A stretch of 63,699 bases of DNA, counting the filler. It is 5 parts of 5 records of this genome, joined end to end, with 100 filler letters (N's around TTAATTAATTAA, not from the genome) between each part and the next. Parts side by side here need not be neighbours in the genome. Positions count along the whole stretch, not along the records: positions 1 to 9,929 come from DRR723986_6438; 4 more parts are not named here. One strand, given 5' to 3'. The translations under genes and the position numbers were made by a program. Positions 1-6,417 of this stretch are shown here, piece by piece; within the stretch, counting starts at the first letter, position 1; each line of letters begins with the position of its first letter. The notes beneath the pieces were generated by a model. That model searched no databases. It saw only the letters and a list, made by a program, of their open reading frames with translations, and was not told where the DNA came from.

Positions 1-813
1 CTGTAGAAATATAGGGTGGGAGGAATGTGCACTGGAGGAAAAATTTCGTGGGGGTGGCGGGGTGGTCCGGGGGCCGGTGGTCCCCTGAATCACGCAAAGA
101 TGCGCCCAAAATTTTCAGGCTGCCCGCTAACCATCCATTACCGCCCGTTAATCACCTCATACTGCCCACTCAGACTCAAACCTAACTGCACGTCCTGATT
201 CATCCCAAAAAAATTTCATGTAGAATTGGCGTAAACTGCTCCAGTAGATAACACTCAAAAATGCCCCAAAAACAGAATCTCAATATTCTCATCCCGGTGC
301 GGGATCACGCTCACCCAAAATTCTGCATGCTCACAAAATCAAAGCACTGGTCAGGCTTGCCTTCCGACCTATCCACATCTCCCCTCTCAAAGGCTGCTCA
401 CGACTGCCCGCGCATTGCCGGCACCAAATCCCCTCACCGCCCTGGCAAACACAAAATCACATCGCCCTGCGCCTATCCCCTGCGGGTCTATTCACATCGC
501 TTGTTTTTCCCTCTTGTTTGTCGCTGTGTTGCACATTTACAGCAGCTGAGTGCTTGTGAGCCATTCAGTCTACAACGCCGTGTGAGGCCGGAGACGGCGA
601 GAATCTAAACGTGAAGTCCTGGAGCAAGAACTGGAAGTCAGTGTGCTGCAATTGTCAAATCGAGTTGTGAAGACGCGTTGTGATTCTCCATGGACGCAAC
701 GGTAATTAGCGCAAAAGCAATTATTGCATAGGCAATGGCCTCATCGGTCTGCCAAGAGAATGCAGTAACCGGCCGGGTTGTGGTGTACCTCAGAGACGCA
801 GCAATCTAAAAGC

Positions 814-852
814 AAAGCCCGCTCTGTAAAACAAGTTAACAGCGCGGGCTTT
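814..852 (-). terminator. Hairpin downstream of the tRNA-like element
   Basis: Inverted repeat AAAGCCCGC...GCGGGCTTT; on the minus strand it ends in TTT then GCTTTT. Confidence 0.55.
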
Positions 853-880
853 GGGGGCTCTTGAAACAGTACAAGAAACG

Positions 881-925
881 CACTCGGCACGGGATTCGAA
901 CCCGCCGGACCAGCCTGGACCGAGT
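881..925 (-). ncRNA. tRNA-like mini element (acceptor stem + T-arm; no D-stem or anticodon arm)
   Basis: Minus strand ACTCGGT-CCAGGCTGGTCCG-GCGGG-TTCGAAT-CCCGT-GCCGAGT-G: 7-bp acceptor stem, 5-bp T-stem, canonical TTCGAAT loop. Confidence 0.6.
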
Positions 926-957
926 TGAACACAAACCAAACGGCCGTATCCAGCCTT

Positions 958-986
958 AAACTACACATTGAAGCACTCAAATGCAA
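958..986 (-). promoter_or_regulatory. Candidate promoter for the tRNA-like element
   Basis: Minus strand TTGCAT (986-981), 17-nt spacer, TAGTTT (963-958), about 30 nt upstream of the element. Confidence 0.4.
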
Positions 987-1082
987 TCTGCTGCGCTTTT
1001 GACCACAATTGCAGACACTGCGCCCCAGGTGCTTGCTTAGAAGGCTGTAGCAACATAGAACAGAGGCCTGTGCAAAAGCACA

Positions 1083-1115
1083 AAAGCCCCGCAAGTCATT
1101 GACTTACAAGGGCTT
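1083..1115 (-). terminator. Hairpin/terminator downstream of tRNA-Leu
   Basis: Minus strand AAGCCCTTGTAAGTC-AAT-GACTTGCGGGGCTT followed by TT. Confidence 0.6.
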
Positions 1116-1128
1116 AGGTTTCTTTCTG

Positions 1129-1212
1129 TACTCGAGGTGGGACTTGAACCCACACGACCGTTACGGTCCCTGGATTTTAAGTCCAGTGCGTCTGCCATTC
1201 CGCCACTCGAGC
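1129..1212 (-). tRNA. tRNA-Leu(TAA), CCA not encoded
   Basis: Minus strand GCTCGAG-TG-GCGGAATGGCAGACGC-A-CTGGA-CTTAAAA-TCCAG, long variable arm, GTGGGTTCAAGTCCCAC-CTCGAGT-A. Confidence 0.95.
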
Positions 1213-1575
1213 AAAAACTGGCGGCAAATTCCAGCCTGCTTCATTCAAAGAATAGCTGCGAATATAGCCAATTAATACTTTTGAAAAAAGTTGTTGAGAC
1301 TAAAGCCCAACAGCCAAAATCGATTGAGACGGCCAATGCGCAGATGCATACAGACCAGGAGACTTACAGGCAGACTGATTTGCTGCAAGCCTGCGACTCA
1401 ATGCAAAACAAAAAGAAAACAGCAAGCCGCCAACTACAAGAACAATCAATGTTAAGTTTATGGCTAAAACGCGGCGAAGCGCTCTGCCTCTAGCTCTTGC
1501 CCTACCTCTGCCTGGAACGTCAAGTTGTTTAAGTGAAAGCCAATTTTTTTTCGAAAGCCGGCCACCTGAACATAC

Positions 1576-1607
1576 AAAAGCCGCTTCCACACAAGGTGAA
1601 AGCGGCT
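1576..1607 (-). terminator. Rho-independent terminator after the lipoprotein pair
   Basis: Minus strand AGCCGCTTTCAC...GTGGAAGCGGCT followed by TTT. Confidence 0.7.
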
Positions 1608-1653
1608 CCTGAAACATTGCGAATGTGCAGGCATAAAACGCCTGCAATTCGGC

Positions 1654-2157
1654 TTAGTGCTGAACTACTTCAGCAACTTCCTCAAAGTTATTCTCATCGA
1701 CAACTACACTGACGAGGGTGGGATCTTCAACGTTGACCATTGCCATGCCATCTTCAGTTTCCTGAAGCTCGTAAACGTTGGAAAGATTTTCGCCTTCAAG
1801 GTCGCTACCCGAAGCAGGAACCCAATAGTTACCACGAACGCGGAATCCAATTGCACCAATAACGAGTACACCGTACCAGCGCTGTTCAACAACTACATCG
1901 GTGAGAAACTCACCACCGCTCTTTTCGAGGGCGTCATCAACTGCTTTGGTGAATGTTGGTTTTCCGAACGGGAAGATAAACCATGCAACCATTGAGTTGC
2001 CTTCAACCTGTTCTTTCTTAACGTATTTTCCCGCGACGTCAACTTCTTTTGTTGACATTACTGTATAGTCTGTGATACGCTGCACACAGCCAGTAAATGT
2101 TGAGCCGGCCAACAATGCAAACATCAAAGCGACTACTGGAATTGCAAACTTTCTCAT
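1654..2157 (-). CDS. Lipoprotein, hypothetical (distantly TRL/YbjQ-like)
   Basis: Signal peptide with lipobox FTGC; 'AVDDALEKSGGEFLTDVVV' block shared with the upstream gene. Confidence 0.75.
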   Translation of the reverse strand: MRKFAIPVVALMFALLAGSTFTGCVQRITDYTVMSTKEVDVAGKYVKKEQVEGNSMVAWFIFPFGKPTFTKAVDDALEKSGGEFLTDVVVEQRWYGVLVIGAIGFRVRGNYWVPASGSDLEGENLSNVYELQETEDGMAMVNVEDPTLVSVVVDENNFEEVAEVVQH

Positions 2158-2202
2158 TGTATGTTAATCCTGATATGGTAGATAATTCAAATTGATAAGA
2201 AC

Positions 2203-2727
2203 TTAGTTTACGGAATTGCCTTCTTCTTCATATTGAGCCATGAGGCGCTCAATGGTATCTTCTTTGCTCTCAAACGCAAAGCGCTTGGAAGGGTCATCTT
2301 CGCTTACCAGTTCTAAAACTCCACCATTGGATTGTACTTCGAATACTTCCTGGCCCTCAAGTTCAACTGCACTCATGTGGTCGGCACGCGCCCAGACTTC
2401 ACCAGTACACATCCAGCCACTCTCAGAGTACACTACATATGAACGCGCAAAGTCGTTGATCACAACATTCGTCATTAAATCGCCGCCACCTTTTTCGAGG
2501 GCGTCATCCATTGCATAGTCAACATGCGGCCCCGTCAGTGTCAATGGAATAATAAGAACCCAAGCCATTTTGGATTCGCCAGTAACAGCACCTTTGCTGA
2601 CGTACTTGGCGCCGGGCTCAAAGTTCTGATTACTCATGAGGGTCATTTCAGCGAGAGGTGCACAACTCGAAAGAGTCAGCATTGAAGCTGTCAACAATAA
2701 CACAAAAGAAAGAACGGTTCGCCGCAT
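2203..2727 (-). CDS. Lipoprotein, paralogue of 1654-2157
   Basis: Lipobox LSSC; 'AMDDALEKGGGDLMTNVVI'; GGAG RBS upstream. Confidence 0.75.
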   Translation of the reverse strand: MRRTVLSFVLLLTASMLTLSSCAPLAEMTLMSNQNFEPGAKYVSKGAVTGESKMAWVLIIPLTLTGPHVDYAMDDALEKGGGDLMTNVVINDFARSYVVYSESGWMCTGEVWARADHMSAVELEGQEVFEVQSNGGVLELVSEDDPSKRFAFESKEDTIERLMAQYEEEGNSVN

Positions 2728-3254
2728 GGACTTCTCCGGAATAAATTGAAAGAGAGATTAGGTATATCAAGGACTGGAATGATCAGACAACAGGCATAGG
2801 AACTAGAAGAGATCAAATCCCGCCGTGTATGAACGGAAGGGCAGTGCAGCCCAACCCGAAGCAGTACCCGCAATTTAGTAAAATGTTTTGATGGTGTCCA
2901 ATCTTTTTTCAGTATTTCTTATAGTTGGTACTTTTCCAGACAGTTGCATTGCAATTTTCTGCATGCACCAATCAACTGCCCTGCAAAGTAATTCTACTGA
3001 GCTGACAAGGCATTTTTTTACGTTTTGACATTGATGTATTCACATTGAAAGCCACCCGCGTACAACATGTACTTCCTGGCCAGGCTGCATCAGCTGAGCA
3101 CAACACATTTGAAGACGCTCCAGCTCTGCATTTGAACCAAATTTGACATCGGGTTTATCTCCGGCTGACCAAGTACAACAGTTTTCCGCAGTAAAGATCT
3201 CACAATTATTTTCAAACTGTAGGTTCGTCCCGCTGGGGCGAGCAGGAGATTTCT

Positions 3255-4166
3255 ATGAATTTACTTAGCGTTCCGACCCTCGTCCTACGGGATACACAAT
3301 CATTTTTCGCACGGATCCGCTTGCACGAACGCCTTGGAGAACTGATCGGCTCACTGGCCGCTGCGGCAACTCTGTTTCTGGCTTTGTTCGGAGCTATGAT
3401 TGGCGCTTTCCACAGTCCCCTACAGCTTCTGGCTTCCGCTGTCAAGCTGCCACTGCTCTTCCTGGCGACCCTGCTGATCACGTTTCCGACGCTGTATGTG
3501 TTTAACATTCTCTTTGGTGCGCGCTTTTCGATGCGCCAATATTTTAGTCTGCTACTGGGTACGACCGCCATCAACAGCGTGCTGCTGCTTGGCTTTGCTC
3601 CGATTGGAATACTGTTTATGATGACGACGGAGAATTACCTGAGCTTTAAGATGATTAACATTTTGATGCTCGCCATCAGTGGCCTGGTGGCCATGCGTTT
3701 CTTCTATCTGGGTATGAGTGCGATCGATTCACAAAACCTGGCACAGCCTGGCGGTGCAGCTGCCGTACCGGCAAAACAAACTGGCGGACAAGGCAGCAGT
3801 TCCAGCCAACAACTGAACGAAAAGATGGCACAGGGGCTGGGAAACGAACAAATAGAAGGTAAAGACTCGCAGACAGACGCTCCATCAGCTATGAGTGGCA
3901 CAGCGGCAGAACGCGCACGGCACTATCGCAATATTTCACCCAAACGCGATAGTGCGCAAGGCCGCCCCGAGAAACACCGCCGCCGCATCCTCAAACTCTG
4001 GGTGATTTTATACGCGCTTGTCGGCAGTCAGCTGGCCTGGACGCTTAAACCGTTTTTTGGTGACCCGGCCGCGGATTTCATTTTATTTGACGACGCGCAG
4101 GGTGGCTTCTTTATCGATGTGCTGAATACACTTGGAAAAATGTTAATCCCGAATGATTCATACTGA
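3255..4166 (+). CDS. Multi-pass membrane protein (Yip1-like; family often mis-annotated as 'actin-binding WH2 domain')
   Basis: AGGAG RBS; about 6 hydrophobic helices; motifs 'SAVKLPLLFL', 'FPTLYVFN', 'VGSQLAWTLKPFFG'. Confidence 0.75.
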   Translation: MNLLSVPTLVLRDTQSFFARIRLHERLGELIGSLAAAATLFLALFGAMIGAFHSPLQLLASAVKLPLLFLATLLITFPTLYVFNILFGARFSMRQYFSLLLGTTAINSVLLLGFAPIGILFMMTTENYLSFKMINILMLAISGLVAMRFFYLGMSAIDSQNLAQPGGAAAVPAKQTGGQGSSSSQQLNEKMAQGLGNEQIEGKDSQTDAPSAMSGTAAERARHYRNISPKRDSAQGRPEKHRRRILKLWVILYALVGSQLAWTLKPFFGDPAADFILFDDAQGGFFIDVLNTLGKMLIPNDSY

Positions 4167-4167
4167 T

Positions 4168-4219
4168 TTGCGAAGTCCTGGGAACACATGCCTGCGGCAC
4201 GTGTTCCAGGTTTCGCGAA
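4168..4219. terminator. Hairpin between convergent genes
   Basis: CCTGGGAACACATGCC...GGCACGTGTTCCAGG inverted repeat. Confidence 0.5.
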
Positions 4220-4245
4220 GGGTTGATGGCATCAAGTTGGCGGGC

Positions 4246-4605
4246 TTATTTGGCAAACTTCTGGTCGAACAGAATTACATTGCCGTCGGGATCTCTGAGG
4301 CTGGCAAACACGGGGGCCTGCGCATGTGCCGGATGGTCGCTGCTCTCATCGGCTTCATGCTCAAACTTCAAGCCTTTAGCCTTCAGCTCTTTCTGGATCT
4401 CGCGGACGTCTTCGGGTTGGAAAGTTAACAGATTGTCCTGCAGCATGCCTTCAAACAAACCAATTTTGGTGGTACCATTGCGCAGGATAATCCATTTCTC
4501 AGCCATGTTGCCGTCGATTTGCTCAAAGCCCAGCTTCGAATAGTATTCGAGTGAAAGATTAATATCTTCAACTGCAAGGCTGATGGAGAAGTTGCCTAGT
4601 TGCAT
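4246..4605 (-). CDS. VOC/glyoxalase family protein
   Basis: 'LGNFSISLAVEDI..SLEYYSKLGF' and 'DPDGNVILFDQ' motifs. Confidence 0.85.
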   Translation of the reverse strand: MQLGNFSISLAVEDINLSLEYYSKLGFEQIDGNMAEKWIILRNGTTKIGLFEGMLQDNLLTFQPEDVREIQKELKAKGLKFEHEADESSDHPAHAQAPVFASLRDPDGNVILFDQKFAK

Positions 4606-4735
4606 TGTTCGTCGTTCCTTTTGATACCAAAGTTATAGGCCAAAATTATATGCCAAAAACCGCCACAGCCCTGGTTTCCAAATCATGGCCAACCAGCTCA
4701 ATGGCTTGCTGATACACTTCACTTAACACCTAGGG

Positions 4736-5335
4736 TCAAGTGTTTAACAAACTGTTAAAATCAATGCCCTGCTGTAGCAGGGCATTTAAACTTTTGGGAT
4801 TTGCCGCGTGAGTCTGTGCTCTAGCCGGCTGGAGTGACTTTTGATACCACTCCGTACTTACCCAGCGTCCGTTCTTGAAGCCCACATCTGGATAGAGCGC
4901 AATTTTGTTGAAGCCAGCTTTAATGTGAAAAGCCTGGCTCGCCGGATTTGGCAAGGCAATCCCGGCCAACATCGATTGAAAACCCTGCACGCGCAGGCAG
5001 TTCTCAAGCGCCGCATACAATGCCGCTGCCAGTTGCATGCGTCGAAACTGTTCCGCCACATAGACAGAAACTTCGCAGCTCCACTGATAGGCTTCGCGGC
5101 TGCGGTGCGCCGAGGCATAAGCATACGCAGCAACCGCATCGTGTTGGTCGGCACAGACGAGCCAGACATGACTATTCTGTATGCGCGAGATGCGCGCCTG
5201 CATTTCCTCAGGTCCAGGTGCCACCACCTCAAAACTGATGATCGTACTTTCGACAATCGGCGCATAGATTTTGCAGATGTCTGCGGCATCCTCTCCCCTT
5301 GCCGGCCGCAGCTCAAAGTCGCTATGCAATTTCAT
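4736..5335 (-). CDS. GNAT N-acetyltransferase, phosphinothricin/ArsN1-like
   Basis: 'IISFEVVAP', 'HRSREAYQWSCEVSVYV', 'AGIALPNPAS..FH', 'VGFKNGRW'; ATG at 5335 overlaps the DoxX stop (ATGA). Confidence 0.85.
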   Translation of the reverse strand: MKLHSDFELRPARGEDAADICKIYAPIVESTIISFEVVAPGPEEMQARISRIQNSHVWLVCADQHDAVAAYAYASAHRSREAYQWSCEVSVYVAEQFRRMQLAAALYAALENCLRVQGFQSMLAGIALPNPASQAFHIKAGFNKIALYPDVGFKNGRWVSTEWYQKSLQPARAQTHAANPKSLNALLQQGIDFNSLLNT

Positions 5336-5724
5336 TGTGTCCCGCTCTGCTCGTTTTCTGAAAACAGATGCGAAGGGTTGACGCCCAGCCTGAAACCTGA
5401 CCAATACGAGAGCAACAGGAGCGACAGTGCAGCAATGGGCAAGACAAACAGATTATCAGCCGCATGAATGTGCGCCAACAAGGCCAACAAATAATCAAAA
5501 CAGAATCCGGCGTAAGCCCACTGCCTGAGCGTTGTAAAACGCTGCTGTACTAACGCCAAAGCCCCAAGAAATTTAGCCACCCCAAGCGGAAGAACCAGAA
5601 ATGCGGGAAAGCCCAGATCGTGAAATGTCCAGGCTATCTCATCGGTGACAATAAAATAGGACACCCCCGAAAGCAACATCATGCCGGCAGTAAGAAATGT
5701 ACTGATGCGATAGACAAGACGCAT
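5332..5724 (-). CDS. DoxX-like membrane protein
   Basis: Four hydrophobic helices; 'LGFPAFL..LGVAKFLG', 'QWAYAGF'. Confidence 0.85.
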   Translation of the reverse strand: MRLVYRISTFLTAGMMLLSGVSYFIVTDEIAWTFHDLGFPAFLVLPLGVAKFLGALALVQQRFTTLRQWAYAGFCFDYLLALLAHIHAADNLFVLPIAALSLLLLSYWSGFRLGVNPSHLFSENEQSGTQ

Positions 5725-5952
5725 AGAAGCGGGGCCGCGTATGGGTTCAGGAACTGTGAGAAGTGTGAGTTAAAACCTACCCACTACGAAGATACAACGC
5801 TGGCGACAGCCGCACAAGCCACGGCAATAAACAGTCACCCAGTCTCCGCTCGCCGCACCAATATTGTGTTATCTTGCACTAATATTGGCGCTTGCAGCGC
5901 TTCGACCGGCCCCAAACTACAACAACTATAACTACAGACTGGAAGTACAGAT

Positions 5953-6318
5953 ATGAACTCAGCCCTGGCAATGAACGCGCTCCTGCCATTTGTCCCATCG
6001 GGACCGAACTATGCCGGCAGCATCGCCCTGTTTAAACAATTGGGGTTTCAGGAATTGTGGCATAACGACGGCACGACGGGTTTCAAGTCCGGCAATGCTG
6101 CCTTCATCCTGCAGAAATACGACAATTTCGAGTTTGCGTCTAATCTGATGATGCAGATCAACGTAGCAAATCTGGACAATTGGTGGGCCGAGCTTGCAGC
6201 AATGAACTTGCCGGAGCAATTTCCAGGAGTTAAAATCAAAGCGCCGTTCAGGTATCCCTATGGACGCGAAGTCCACATGATCGACCTGGCCGGCGTCTGC
6301 TGGCATATTTGTGAGTGA
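5953..6318 (+). CDS. VOC/glyoxalase family protein
   Basis: 'PFVPSGPNY..S..LF..LGF', 'PYGREVHMIDLAGVCWH'. Confidence 0.8.
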   Translation: MNSALAMNALLPFVPSGPNYAGSIALFKQLGFQELWHNDGTTGFKSGNAAFILQKYDNFEFASNLMMQINVANLDNWWAELAAMNLPEQFPGVKIKAPFRYPYGREVHMIDLAGVCWHICE

Positions 6319-6333
6319 GTTTAGTGATCATTT

Positions 6334-6364
6334 ACAGGTCCGCTCTGCATGCGAGCGGACCTGT
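6334..6364. terminator. Hairpin between convergent genes
   Basis: ACAGGTCCGCTC-N7-GAGCGGACCTGT, perfect 12-bp stem. Confidence 0.65.
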
Positions 6365-6417
6365 GTATTATGCAGACATGTTCCGGTTCTTGATCATAAC
6401 GAACGTCACATCCGCCC

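Noticed and set aside
120-172. Possible CRISPR or iteron array
   Set aside because: Only three loose ~11-nt copies, no constant repeat-spacer structure, and no cas or rep gene
906-915. GGCTGGTCCG in the mini-tRNA connector equals the 5' end of vertebrate Y RNAs, suggesting a Y RNA/YrlA
   Set aside because: No complementary 3' strand or permuted D-arm follows, the acceptor stem is formed by the two ends rather than a closed loop, and no Ro60/TROVE gene is on the contig; probably a chance 10-mer
881-1080. tmRNA (one- or two-piece) interpretation of the tRNA-like element
   Set aside because: No G3.U70 alanine determinant, no GGGG 5' end or ACCA end, and no tag reading frame
1137-1493. ORF 'MGLEPTRPLRSLDFKSSASA...'
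   Set aside because: Antisense translation of tRNA-Leu
4246-6318. VOC/GNAT/DoxX genes as an arsenic or antibiotic resistance system
   Set aside because: No ArsR, arsenate reductase or efflux gene; these families are common and non-specific
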